64,000 bases of DNA from Sulfurimonas sp. (GCA_041595535.1 JBFHKA010000002.1:20263-84262); one strand, 5' to 3'; counted from the first letter of the stretch, positions 37,402 to 47,306 are shown. Program-made: numbers and translations. The notes: a model not told the origin generated them from the letters alone.

Positions 37402-38133
37402 TTAATACTCTAATAAATATTCTTTGAGCAGAGGTACATAAAAACCTTCATACTCTTCAACAAGTAAGACAGATTTATGATTTAAGTAAACACCTTTTAA
37501 GTATTTATTCATAACTATCAAATAATTATCGCTTGCCATGTCTCCACCATTTACACGTACTTCATCAAATAAACCTAAACTTAAAAGTTCTGCAATAGAT
37601 ATCGTTTGTTGATGAAGTATAACTTTACCTTTTATACGTCCATCACTTCCGTGCATTCGTAGTGCAAGGCCAGCTAATGCTCCCACAACACCTGAACCTT
37701 CATTTCTTAACTCAGTTAAAAAAAGATTTTGCTCTTTTGCCATTAAGTAAGCACTCTCTTTAGTTAAGACTTTTTGTTTTGCATCCAGTCCATATTCAAT
37801 TAACTTCTCTTTGTCACATACATCCTCTTCAAACCCAATACAGATGCCTGGAGCGGATGAAGAAGCACTCCTCATCATCACATAGTCCATAACATACATT
37901 TTTATATCTTCAAGCTCATCTCGACTAAGCTCTGTTGTAAAACACATCGAACTATTGTGAGAGGTGTAGGGAATATCTTCGTGAAGAAGAAGTTGATGTC
38001 TCGTTATTGGTGTTGTTGGAGCATAATGCAATACTATATGCTCCCTAATCTCTTCACATATCTCACCCGTTGATGTGTAATAGCCTATCTCATCGGTATC
38101 ATCTATGGCTATATATGCCTTAAACTTTTGCAT
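37402..38133 (-). CDS. Stand-alone TiaS-like (DDTD motif) protein
   Basis: YIAIDDTD, TRHQLL...IPYTSHNSSMC, GSGVVGALAG; resembles the N-terminal modules of agmatidine synthetase TiaS without its OB and Zn-ribbon domains. Confidence 0.7.
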   Translation of the reverse strand: MQKFKAYIAIDDTDEIGYYTSTGEICEEIREHIVLHYAPTTPITRHQLLLHEDIPYTSHNSSMCFTTELSRDELEDIKMYVMDYVMMRSASSSAPGICIGFEEDVCDKEKLIEYGLDAKQKVLTKESAYLMAKEQNLFLTELRNEGSGVVGALAGLALRMHGSDGRIKGKVILHQQTISIAELLSLGLFDEVRVNGGDMASDNYLIVMNKYLKGVYLNHKSVLLVEEYEGFYVPLLKEYLLEY

Positions 38134-38136
38134 TGT

Positions 38137-40107
38137 CTAAAATTTATACTCTAAAGAGGCAAAGAACTCTCTTCCTGCCATTGGATAAGCCATATCGTAG
38201 CGAACAAGCTCATCTGTAAGATTTTTTACACCTACTTCTGCAGTAAGCTCTTTCATTGGTTGGTAAATTGCTTTTACATCAAAAGTTGTAAAATCTGGAT
38301 TTGTTACATAGGTTCCATCTAACTTCTGTTCATAAGCACCGCTACGAAATTTCATATTTGCATAGAGAGAGAAACCTGCTCCAATCGCCTCTTTTGCAAA
38401 TACAAAGAGTTGCTGTTTTGGTACGTCTACAAGTTTGATGCTACTATCTTGCGTATTTTTGATAGATATATAAGCATAGTTTCCTCCTGCAGTTAAATTC
38501 TCACCTCTATAGTTAAGCTCTAACTCCCCTCCAATATGCTCAAAACTTCCAACATTTTGGTTTTGTTTGTAAGCTGGGTCTGGAGCATAAACAACACTCT
38601 GTATTGCATCATCAACTACTGTATAGTAAGCATTTAACCCGCCAGAAAATGCATTGTATTGTTTTTGATAACTTAACTCGTAGTGTGTTGCAATCTCATT
38701 TTCTAAGTCAACATTTGGAACAGATGAGTTGAGTTTACGAGAGTATCTATCTTTCATAGAAGGCATATATGTCTTTCTTGAGATACTCGCTCTTACTTTA
38801 GAACTATTGTCTGGCGAAAATATAAGGGCAGCTTGTGGAGAGAGTGAGCTCTCTGTAGCAAGACTCAACATATCTAAGTAGGCTGTATTTGTATCATAAA
38901 TTTTATCTGCTGTTCTTTGGTCATAACTTGCACCAACTAAAAGCTCAAACTGAGATGAGATTGTGTAACTATCTTCCAAACCTACAGAGATTGTATGGTC
39001 TTCATACTGTTCCGTCATAGTTTCTGCATCGCTCGTTTTACTTATATCATATCCTCTGTGAACATCTTTTTTATAATTTAAACTAGCTTTTAAGAAGTTA
39101 TCACCTAAGCCTAAGCCATACTCAAGACGAGTACCATAGCTGTAGTCATCATATCTACTCTTAAATGCCCAATTCTTACTTATAGTTGTAAACGTGTTGT
39201 TATCGTAAGAGTAGAGTGAATTTTTGCTTACGTCATAATACGCTAATGCTTTTATATAACTATTTTCAAAGTTCTTTTGACCTACGAGTGAGATAGTCTC
39301 TTTATCCCAATAAGGCCAATCCCAATTTTTATCTTTTGCATAGCTTGTATCAGTAACTGGAGGCTGCTGTTTTACAGCTTTTTGATTAAGGTAAGAGATT
39401 GCTATTTCACTCTTATCATTAGCCACATATCCAGCTTTAAAGCTTACTTTTTTATCTTCAGATTTAGAACGAAGTCTTTCTCCTTTTGGTTGAGTTGGTG
39501 TAGCTTCATATTTATCGCTCATTGTAAAATGGTCTTGTTTGCTATAAACAGCGCCAAGTTGTGCATAGAAATTTTTTTGGCGTGTACCAGCATTTATATT
39601 TTCTCTATGACTAGCCATTTTTCCATCTGAATCAAAAATAATTTGGGCTTTAATATTTCCCTCGAGCTCTTTAGTAGGTTTTTTAGAAACTATATTGACA
39701 ACACCGCCCATTGTATTACCTCCATATACAACAGATGAGTACCCTTTTGAGACATCTATCTCAGCTGTATCTGCTGTTAAAAAACGCCCATAGTCAAAGT
39801 TTCCATCATACGGAACATAGACAGGAATACCATCCATAAAAACACCAATTCTTTTTGAGTCAAATCCACGAATATAAATAGTTGACTCTCCACGTCCACC
39901 TTGTACGTCTTGATTTACACCGCTTACATTGTCTAATGCTTGCGCTACAGTCTCTGATGTATGAAGTGAAATCGCTTCTGCAGTTACATCCTCTTCAAAT
40001 ACTTTTATCTCTTGTGTTTGTGCTTGAACATTTACTTCCCCAAGTTCAAAAGAATCTGCTAAAAGCATACTCGTTGCAAGTGATAATAAAATAAATTTTT
40101 TGTTCAT
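38137..40107 (-). CDS. TonB-dependent receptor (PrrA-like)
   Basis: TonB box ELGEVNVQA; plug IRGFDSKRIGVFMDGIPVYVPYDG; GGNTMGGVVNIVSK; KNLTDE; C-terminal LEYKF. Confidence 0.95.
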   Translation of the reverse strand: MNKKFILLSLATSMLLADSFELGEVNVQAQTQEIKVFEEDVTAEAISLHTSETVAQALDNVSGVNQDVQGGRGESTIYIRGFDSKRIGVFMDGIPVYVPYDGNFDYGRFLTADTAEIDVSKGYSSVVYGGNTMGGVVNIVSKKPTKELEGNIKAQIIFDSDGKMASHRENINAGTRQKNFYAQLGAVYSKQDHFTMSDKYEATPTQPKGERLRSKSEDKKVSFKAGYVANDKSEIAISYLNQKAVKQQPPVTDTSYAKDKNWDWPYWDKETISLVGQKNFENSYIKALAYYDVSKNSLYSYDNNTFTTISKNWAFKSRYDDYSYGTRLEYGLGLGDNFLKASLNYKKDVHRGYDISKTSDAETMTEQYEDHTISVGLEDSYTISSQFELLVGASYDQRTADKIYDTNTAYLDMLSLATESSLSPQAALIFSPDNSSKVRASISRKTYMPSMKDRYSRKLNSSVPNVDLENEIATHYELSYQKQYNAFSGGLNAYYTVVDDAIQSVVYAPDPAYKQNQNVGSFEHIGGELELNYRGENLTAGGNYAYISIKNTQDSSIKLVDVPKQQLFVFAKEAIGAGFSLYANMKFRSGAYEQKLDGTYVTNPDFTTFDVKAIYQPMKELTAEVGVKNLTDELVRYDMAYPMAGREFFASLEYKF

Positions 40108-40116
40108 TTTTTTCCT

Positions 40117-41085
40117 TTAAATTTTTGGTCTAATATCTTCGCTAAATATTTTTAGCATTTTTCTTGTCACTCTTGGATCTGTAGATGCAGGTTTGAGTAT
40201 GAGATGTAAATTTTTGATTCTCTTTTCCATCTCTAGAATTTTATCTATTGACTCTTCTACAGTTCCCAAAAGTGCTGCATTCATAAACTTCTTCGCATCA
40301 AAAAACTCATATCTCTGATTGAGCAAGAGTGTGTAATTCTCCTGATTAAATTCAGGTTGCGTTCCACCTGAGTTGAGTGAACGCATAGACTTCACAAAAT
40401 GGTCTGTAGCTATTACAGCAGCGTTATAAGCTTTTTCATAACTCTGAGCTACATAAAAGACTCGCATTAATACTATTTCTGGATCAAATCCTGCAATATT
40501 TTTATAAACCCTGCAAGCATTCTCACATTCCTCAATTGTTGCCCCCTGCGAAAACATAAGCCCAAACCCATTGTTTGCGGCAAACTCAATAGTCTCTTGT
40601 GTGGAGAATGTAGCCATATATATAGGTATCGTATTTTGTAATGGTTTTGGATGGAGTGCTTTATTATGAGAGAGTGCTCTATTTATAATGTGTACATTCT
40701 CAAAGAGTTCACTACGAAGTTCCTGTGGAGTTTTAGAAAAATACTCCATATCAAGAGTAAAACCACCTTTTGCAAAACCTGCATTTATCCTCCCGTTTGA
40801 GAGATTATCGAGTGTAGCTATCTCTTCAGCTAGACGTGTAGGATGATAAAAAGGTGCTAAAAAAGCAGCACTCCCAATGCGGATTTTACTTGTTTTTGCA
40901 GCAGTGTATGCCATCATTAAAGAAGGGTTTGGAATAACACTGAAAGAGTTAAAATGGTGCTCTGCGAACCAAACTTCATCAAACCCAAGTTCCTCTGCAT
41001 AACATGCCAAATCTATATCATTTAAAATCGTTACGTGCGAATTTGCATGAAAATTTTCTGTAAGTAAAAAAATACCTGTTTTCAT
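40117..41085 (-). CDS. LLM class (luciferase-like) flavin-dependent oxidoreductase
   Basis: AEELGFDEVWFAEHHF, AAKTSKIRIGS, HPTRLAEEIATLDNLSNGRINAGF. Confidence 0.92.
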   Translation of the reverse strand: MKTGIFLLTENFHANSHVTILNDIDLACYAEELGFDEVWFAEHHFNSFSVIPNPSLMMAYTAAKTSKIRIGSAAFLAPFYHPTRLAEEIATLDNLSNGRINAGFAKGGFTLDMEYFSKTPQELRSELFENVHIINRALSHNKALHPKPLQNTIPIYMATFSTQETIEFAANNGFGLMFSQGATIEECENACRVYKNIAGFDPEIVLMRVFYVAQSYEKAYNAAVIATDHFVKSMRSLNSGGTQPEFNQENYTLLLNQRYEFFDAKKFMNAALLGTVEESIDKILEMEKRIKNLHLILKPASTDPRVTRKMLKIFSEDIRPKI

Positions 41086-41684
41086 TAACTTTTATCTCTT
41101 AATAACTCTTTTTTTACTTCACTCCATGGATAACGTTTTATGGCATCCATATTTGTACGACGATTTATCATGCGTATTGAAAGTGGCTCTATCCAATTCC
41201 AAAACTCTTCAAGATGCTCATGAGGAAAATTTATGTCTTTGAGTGTTTTTTTATATATAGCTATCCAAATATCTCTGTCATTTTCATCTATTGGAACTTT
41301 GAAATGACGCATTCTTAGATGAGGTTCACCATGTTGTGAAGTAAAAATTTCCTCACCTCCAAGTGCCTCAACAAAAAAGTCTGCACTTTTATCAACAGCC
41401 ATTTTAAATGCCTCTTCATTAGCAGGGAAAAGTTTTCCTACCTTTGTTTTTTTAAGTAGTTCATGTTGATGCCAAACCATCTCACGAATTTTTTCTTCAC
41501 CGAGGGCTTTAAATATTTTGTTTGACGGAAATGGGACAGGTGGATAGATAATATCTATCATAGAGTCTACCGTTCTAATCTCATCCGCGCCAAAGCGAGG
41601 TCTATTTGGTTGCGCTTGCATACTACCTAGTTGTGTAAACGAAGTTATTTTGCCATTGTGGCAACTATTTTGATTTGTATCCAT
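41085..41684 (-). CDS. Truncated hemoglobin (group II-like) with N-terminal extension
   Basis: Start moved to ATG41684 (AAAGGA RBS); LGGEEIF...HGEPHLRMRH (F8 His), DRDIW (G8 Trp). Confidence 0.88.
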   Translation of the reverse strand: MDTNQNSCHNGKITSFTQLGSMQAQPNRPRFGADEIRTVDSMIDIIYPPVPFPSNKIFKALGEEKIREMVWHQHELLKKTKVGKLFPANEEAFKMAVDKSADFFVEALGGEEIFTSQHGEPHLRMRHFKVPIDENDRDIWIAIYKKTLKDINFPHEHLEEFWNWIEPLSIRMINRRTNMDAIKRYPWSEVKKELLRDKS

Positions 41685-41697
41685 AGTATTATTTCCT

Positions 41698-42345
41698 TTA
41701 TTTTGTAATGTAAACCCAAAATCCACTTTCATCATCAATAATAGTAAACTCACTTGGTCGAAGAGAATTAAAAATTATAGGTAAGGCTTCTCTTTCTGGT
41801 TTGATTCTATCTTTAAATGATTTTCTCCACTCTGGATTATTCTCTCTCATAGTTTGAACAATTTTTTCACGTAACTCTGCATTACCAAACCCTCCACCGA
41901 TGTATGCTTTACCACCGACTTTTAATACTCTGAGTATCTCACGGTATGCTTGATGCCAATCATCCCAGAACGGGGAAGAACCACGACTAATAACTAAGTC
42001 GATGGTGTCATTTTCAATCTCTATGTTATGAATATCTCCTTGCACGAAACCACTACGATGATATATGTGATCTTCTTTTGCATACTCTCTTGCAAATTCA
42101 AGCATCTCATCAGATTGATCAAAAAATGTCATATGCAAATCTGTAATTTTTGCCAATGATCTTCCTAAGGCTCCAGTACCACATCCAGCATCAAGGCATC
42201 TTCCACTTGTAATTTTTGTTTTTTCTATGATTTGTTCTGCTATCACAGGATAAATAGGAGCAAAAATCTCACGAACAATTTTGTCAAACCCTTGTGGGTT
42301 TGATCCGCCTCTATAGTGTTTTTTTATTTCCATATCTCTACTCAT
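41698..42345 (-). CDS. Class I SAM-dependent methyltransferase
   Basis: IFAPIYPVIAEQI, CLDAGCGTG, FDQSDEML, GDIHNI, DLVISRGS, RVLKVGG; start at 42345 gives proper RBS spacing. Confidence 0.9.
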   Translation of the reverse strand: MSRDMEIKKHYRGGSNPQGFDKIVREIFAPIYPVIAEQIIEKTKITSGRCLDAGCGTGALGRSLAKITDLHMTFFDQSDEMLEFAREYAKEDHIYHRSGFVQGDIHNIEIENDTIDLVISRGSSPFWDDWHQAYREILRVLKVGGKAYIGGGFGNAELREKIVQTMRENNPEWRKSFKDRIKPEREALPIIFNSLRPSEFTIIDDESGFWVYITK

Positions 42346-42359
42346 TGTTATCATCTCCT

Positions 42360-43403
42360 TTATAAGTTTACGTTAACACTCTCTAGTATCTCATCAAGAT
42401 TTTCTTGTGTTAAATCTACATTTAAAAAAAGTTTATAGAAACTTTTTGTCTCTTTTTGAATATCAATCTTGTACACTTCTGGGTAAAGGTTGTGCATGAC
42501 CCACTTTAGTCCTAAAATACGCATAAATGAAGGGGGTCTATCAAACCAATTAAATGGAGCTTTTGGAATTAAAAAAACTTTTTTATTTTTTACTGCTTTT
42601 ATTTCTTTCCATAATTTCATATCATAGATTTTGTCGTAAAACATCTTCTCTTGAACAAATATAACATCTGGATTGTATTGGAGTATAGTCTCCATAGATA
42701 ACTTTTCAAAACCTTTATGGCTTGAAGTATGGCATCTATGAATATCTACATCACCTGCTAATTTAAGAAGCTCGACATGAATGGAATCATCACACTCTGT
42801 ACTTAGTCCATCTGTTCCCTCAGCATAATACACAGTAGGCCTCTTCTCTTGTGGTACTTTTGCAACGGCATTTTTTACTTCATCAAAAGTATTTTTTGTA
42901 TACTCAGAGAGTCTATCACCACGCTCTTGTTTATTTAAAGCAACTCCTAAGAATTTAAAAATACCAACATAATCTAGAATGGATTCATCACAAGCATATA
43001 CAAATGGCGTACTGAGTATGTGTAATCTCTCTTGCTCTTTTTGTGTAAACTCATTGATGTGTGACCACATAAGAATTAAATCAGGGCGTTTTGAAAGCAA
43101 AACCTCAAGGTTTGCTGATTGTCCAGCTCCAAAAACTCTTCCTATAACAGGGAGTGTCTGCATTCTTTTGTCCAAAAAAGGATAATACTTACTGTCAATG
43201 TTAAATATCCACCCAACAAGAACAGAAGGATCCATGGCATAAAGAGCATAAGAACCATACGGTGAGGGAGCATAAACTTTTTTTGGTTGTTCTGGCACAA
43301 CTACCTTGCGTCCTAACATATCTACAATTTCTCTGGCTTGGAGAGAAGCTAAGAATAAAGAGCTAAGTAACAAGGTAAAAATAAATTTTTGAAGCTGTTT
43401 CAT
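42360..43403 (-). CDS. ABC transporter periplasmic binding protein (FhuD/BtuF-like class III)
   Basis: IVDMLGRKVVVP, NLEVLLSKRPDLI, ETILQYNPDVI, AVKNKKVF, FDRPPS. Confidence 0.92.
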   Translation of the reverse strand: MKQLQKFIFTLLLSSLFLASLQAREIVDMLGRKVVVPEQPKKVYAPSPYGSYALYAMDPSVLVGWIFNIDSKYYPFLDKRMQTLPVIGRVFGAGQSANLEVLLSKRPDLILMWSHINEFTQKEQERLHILSTPFVYACDESILDYVGIFKFLGVALNKQERGDRLSEYTKNTFDEVKNAVAKVPQEKRPTVYYAEGTDGLSTECDDSIHVELLKLAGDVDIHRCHTSSHKGFEKLSMETILQYNPDVIFVQEKMFYDKIYDMKLWKEIKAVKNKKVFLIPKAPFNWFDRPPSFMRILGLKWVMHNLYPEVYKIDIQKETKSFYKLFLNVDLTQENLDEILESVNVNL

Positions 43404-43412
43404 ACTATTTTC

Positions 43413-45467
43413 CTAAAAATTCATACTAATTTCGACACCAAGTGTTCTTCCACGGTCGTAGTAGTATCCAGTTGTATATCTTGTCGCATATTTATCATTT
43501 GTTAAGTTTCTTCCATAAATTTTCCCAGTAATGATGTTGCTTTTCCATTTAAAATCTTTTGCTGCATTTGCATCAATTCTTGTATAATTTCCAAGGGTAA
43601 CACCCGATGATGTTCCCATGGCACTTGAAGAACTAGAGTAAGCATCAACTCTTTTTGCAGAGGCATTAAAACGGTAATCTTCCCAAGTGTGACTTATGAG
43701 TGCGGAGTAGCTATTTTCAGGTGTGGATACACCTACACTATCAGAAGATGTAGTACTATTAGATGTCTCATTAAGAAGCATACGTGTCCATGAAAACTTA
43801 TAAGTTGTGCTTCTTTTAATAGTTCCATTGATACTTAACTCAACACCTTGTCTATGCGAATTTTGTTCTGTATAGTAGTAGTACTCATTTCCTTGGTCAT
43901 CTGTATATGTTTTATCATCAATGGCAGTTTTTTCATTCTCTATATCAACATCAAAGTAAGTTATCATAGGCACAAAAACTTTGTCAAAGTCTGCTTTTAA
44001 ACCTACTTCCCAACGATTTTGCTTTTCAGCATGAAGTGTTTCATTGTTTTCTGTCATCAGGTCAAAATCACCTGATACTCCTTCATCTCCATAGTAATAA
44101 CGTGCACTTAAACTATATGTATTTGTCATATTCCATAGTGCACCAACTGCAATAACATTAGCGGGAGACAAATCTATATTATTGTTTGCATTTGGTTTTG
44201 ATAATGCCTCATTTTTTGCTTTTGTTGAATCTTTTATATGTTTATAATCAAGTCTATACCCTGCATCAAGAACAAGCGATTCATCAAAAAGAGATTGCTC
44301 TAATGAAATTGCATACCCCATCACAGAAGTGTCATATTTGTTATATCCTTTTGAGAGATTTGGTCCAAAACCTTTACTGTGTGTCATCTGTCCACCAAGG
44401 TTAATAAGTGTATTTCCAAAACGTGCTTTATGTCGTAAACTATATGTCTGTGTTGATTCTGTATACTCTTTTTGTGCATGAGAAGTGTTTGCAAAGTTAT
44501 CATTAATCTCTGTTTGTTCATACATTATTGAAGATGCTGAGAAGAGTGTAACTTGATTTTCACTCCAAATAATATTTCCATCCATAGAGAGTACAGTAGT
44601 TATAATAGGGTCATAAAACCACTTTGCATTATCAACAGTTCCGTCTGTTTTTACTCCCCTTTGCATCTCAAATCTACCTCTATCTTTATAAGCCATAGTA
44701 TTGATTGTTATAGGACCATAGTTCAAACCTGCGTTTATCATTCCAGCTTGGGCACTACTTCCATCAAACCAATCTTCTCTACTTGGTCGGTTATAACGTG
44801 AGACCATCCCTCCAACATATCCATTGAGAGAATTAGCACTTCCAAATGTTGCTCCCATATAGAGATCTTCTCCATCAGCTCCTGGTTGTGCATCTGCTTG
44901 CTCATAATAGGCTCTTAGCATCCCTCCAGTTTTTTTAGGATGTTTTGTTCTAATGATGATATAACCTATTGATGTTCCGCCACCACTATTAGATGCTCCA
45001 ATATCTATAGCAGGTGCTATCGTTATTGCTGTAGATGTACGAACAATCTGTATCTCCTCAATAGCTACAAGAGGAAGTGTTGTAAGAATACGATCGCTAG
45101 TTGAAGGTAAAATAGCTCCATCTAAAATATAAGTAATACTTCCTCCTCCTCGCATATTGATAAAATAAGGGTGTTTACGTCCTTGATATGTTACGTCCAT
45201 TCCTATTGCTTTATTCATCAAGTCAAAAAAGTCTTTTGCTTGGTATGCTTCTATCTCTTTTTCATCCATAACCTCAGTTCCAAACTGTGCACTCTTTTCT
45301 ATCTGATAAAGATTTGTAGGACTTGATAGTTCAAGATCTTCCCTTGGTGCGACTGTTGTTTCATTTACGTTAATCTCTTCTAAATTTTTTGTCTCCTCTG
45401 CTGACAAATTAGAAGCTACTGACACTATTAGCAAAAGTGCTAAATATCCTAAAACCTTTTTTTTCAT
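43413..45467 (-). CDS. TonB-dependent receptor
   Basis: Signal peptide, LEEINV box, plug NMRGGGSITYILDG, GRNLTNDKY, C-terminal EISMNF. Confidence 0.92.
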   Translation of the reverse strand: MKKKVLGYLALLLIVSVASNLSAEETKNLEEINVNETTVAPREDLELSSPTNLYQIEKSAQFGTEVMDEKEIEAYQAKDFFDLMNKAIGMDVTYQGRKHPYFINMRGGGSITYILDGAILPSTSDRILTTLPLVAIEEIQIVRTSTAITIAPAIDIGASNSGGGTSIGYIIIRTKHPKKTGGMLRAYYEQADAQPGADGEDLYMGATFGSANSLNGYVGGMVSRYNRPSREDWFDGSSAQAGMINAGLNYGPITINTMAYKDRGRFEMQRGVKTDGTVDNAKWFYDPIITTVLSMDGNIIWSENQVTLFSASSIMYEQTEINDNFANTSHAQKEYTESTQTYSLRHKARFGNTLINLGGQMTHSKGFGPNLSKGYNKYDTSVMGYAISLEQSLFDESLVLDAGYRLDYKHIKDSTKAKNEALSKPNANNNIDLSPANVIAVGALWNMTNTYSLSARYYYGDEGVSGDFDLMTENNETLHAEKQNRWEVGLKADFDKVFVPMITYFDVDIENEKTAIDDKTYTDDQGNEYYYYTEQNSHRQGVELSINGTIKRSTTYKFSWTRMLLNETSNSTTSSDSVGVSTPENSYSALISHTWEDYRFNASAKRVDAYSSSSSAMGTSSGVTLGNYTRIDANAAKDFKWKSNIITGKIYGRNLTNDKYATRYTTGYYYDRGRTLGVEISMNF

Positions 45468-45485
45468 CTCTCTTCCTTGTATTTT

Positions 45486-45496
45486 TTATGACATAA
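45486..45496. promoter_or_regulatory. Palindromic operator candidate TTATG-A-CATAA
   Basis: Perfect 5-1-5 palindrome between a minus-strand TATAGT -10 (45513-45518) and the RBS of the receptor gene; related sites at 52484-52494 and 52528-52546. Confidence 0.55.
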
Positions 45497-45546
45497 CGAT
45501 TACTTAATTAGTACTATACTCTTTCTAACACATTTGCTCACTCCCC

Positions 45547-46521
45547 TTATTGCTCTAAATAATTAAAGAAAATCTTCTCAAAGTTTTGTAACTCTTTCTT
45601 AGAAGATAGTGGCAACAACTCAGGGTAAAACGTATGAATCAGCCAACGTATTCCCATTAAACGCATAAAAGATGGTGGTCTTGTTATGTAATTAAATGGA
45701 ACGGATGGAACCAAATAAACTTGTTTACTCTTCACCGCACGTAACCCAGTAAACTTTGGATTTTCATAAATTCCATCATAAAAACTCTTCTCCATTACAA
45801 CAAGAACATCAGGATCACTTAAAACAATGTTTTCAAATGAAATTTTTTCCATTCCATAGTTTGAACTCATTTTACAATCCAGTGCATTTTTAGCACCGCT
45901 ATATGTAAAAGGTTCTAAATGAAAAGAGCCACTACATTCACTACTCATTCCATCTACACCCTCCGCAAAATAGTAACGTACTGGTTGCATCTTAGAGAGT
46001 TTACTTTGTAGAGAATCTATAAGTGTAAGTGTCTCTTGCGTGTATGCTATAAGCTCTTTAGCTCGCGTTGTATCACCTGTAAGTTTTGCATAGAGTTCAA
46101 ACTGTGTAATCAAATCACTTATTGAATCATTTCTGATTAATAACACAGGAATGTTTAACATCTCAAATTTTTTGAGCACTTTTTCATACCCATTCATGCG
46201 TCCCCACATCAAGATAACATCTGGTTTTGAAGCTGCTAAAAGTTCAAAGTTTGGAGTTTTGCCTTGTCCAAAAAAACCACCAGCAACAGGCTTCTCGTAT
46301 GCAACTCCAGCATAGGGCTTTTGTTCGGGAGTAAATGGTGTATTTAGAGCACTGAGTAGTGCTGGATTAAATGCCAATACACTCATACTTATAGGGGGTG
46401 AAGCCGCATAAATTTTTGTAACTTTATCTGGAACTTCAACACTTCTTCCATAATCATCTACAATGACTTTTGCCTGCGTTTGCGTTAAAAAGAAAAATAA
46501 TACCAACAGAAATATTTTCAT
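45547..46521 (-). CDS. ABC transporter periplasmic binding protein (class III)
   Basis: IVDDYGRSVEVP, PNFELLAASKPDVI, SFENIVLSDPDVL, AVKSKQVY, ITRPPS. Confidence 0.92.
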   Translation of the reverse strand: MKIFLLVLFFFLTQTQAKVIVDDYGRSVEVPDKVTKIYAASPPISMSVLAFNPALLSALNTPFTPEQKPYAGVAYEKPVAGGFFGQGKTPNFELLAASKPDVILMWGRMNGYEKVLKKFEMLNIPVLLIRNDSISDLITQFELYAKLTGDTTRAKELIAYTQETLTLIDSLQSKLSKMQPVRYYFAEGVDGMSSECSGSFHLEPFTYSGAKNALDCKMSSNYGMEKISFENIVLSDPDVLVVMEKSFYDGIYENPKFTGLRAVKSKQVYLVPSVPFNYITRPPSFMRLMGIRWLIHTFYPELLPLSSKKELQNFEKIFFNYLEQ

Positions 46522-47306
46522 TAGACTCTACCTTTTAGTACTGGAATACACCACTGCTTAGAGTTGTGCTCAATAATATTTGCATTGATGCCATAAATAC
46601 CTTGCATCATATCTGACGTTATAACTTCATCACTTGTTCCATTTGCGATGATTGTTCCCTCATCCATTACCACAACACGACTAGAAACTAAAATAGCATG
46701 GTCTGGATAATGCGTAGTCTTTAAAAAGGTGTAACCCTTTGCACTCAATTCATTAATCATCTCTAAAAGACGTATTTGATTGCCATAATCAAGACCTGAG
46801 ACTGGCTCATCCATAATAAAAGTATTTGTCTCCTGTGTGAGTGCACGTGCAAGTAAAACCATCTGCTTTTGTCCACCACTAAGTTCTCCAAAAGCTCTCT
46901 TTGCAAGCGACTCTATACCAATAGTCTTAAGTGCTTCATAAGCAAGTTCAAAATCCTTTTTGGAAGGAGAAGAAAAGAGACCAAGCTTAAATACACGCCC
47001 CATTACAACCATATCTAAAACACTATAGTTAAAAGGGACATTATGATATTGTGGAATATATGCAATATGTGCAGCTATCTCTTTTTGGGAGTAATCTTTT
47101 AAGTTTTTATCTCCAAGTTTTATCTCCCCTTCTCCTTTTAAAAGACCTAATATAATACGAATCATTGTACTTTTTCCACAGCCATTTGCACCGAGTAAAC
47201 TTACTACTTCACCCTTGTGCAAATCAAAATCAACTCCACGGAGTACATCTCTTTTTGGGTAAGAAAAATGAAGATTTTTTACCGAGATAATTGGTTTTAA
47301 TTCCAT
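46521..47306 (-). CDS. ABC transporter ATP-binding protein (FepC/FecE-like)
   Basis: True start ATG47306 (MELKPII); GANGCGKS, LSGGQKQ, IMDEP, TTHYPDH. Confidence 0.93.
   Translation of the reverse strand: MELKPIISVKNLHFSYPKRDVLRGVDFDLHKGEVVSLLGANGCGKSTMIRIILGLLKGEGEIKLGDKNLKDYSQKEIAAHIAYIPQYHNVPFNYSVLDMVVMGRVFKLGLFSSPSKKDFELAYEALKTIGIESLAKRAFGELSGGQKQMVLLARALTQETNTFIMDEPVSGLDYGNQIRLLEMINELSAKGYTFLKTTHYPDHAILVSSRVVVMDEGTIIANGTSDEVITSDMMQGIYGINANIIEHNSKQWCIPVLKGRV

Noticed and set aside
40117-41085. Bioluminescence (lux) locus
   Set aside because: A single LLM gene with no luxB, luxCDE or luxG; luciferase-like monooxygenases are widespread in non-luminous bacteria.
41685-41753. Upstream extension of the globin ORF
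   Set aside because: It overlaps the methyltransferase 3' end; a strong AAAGGA RBS precedes ATG41684.
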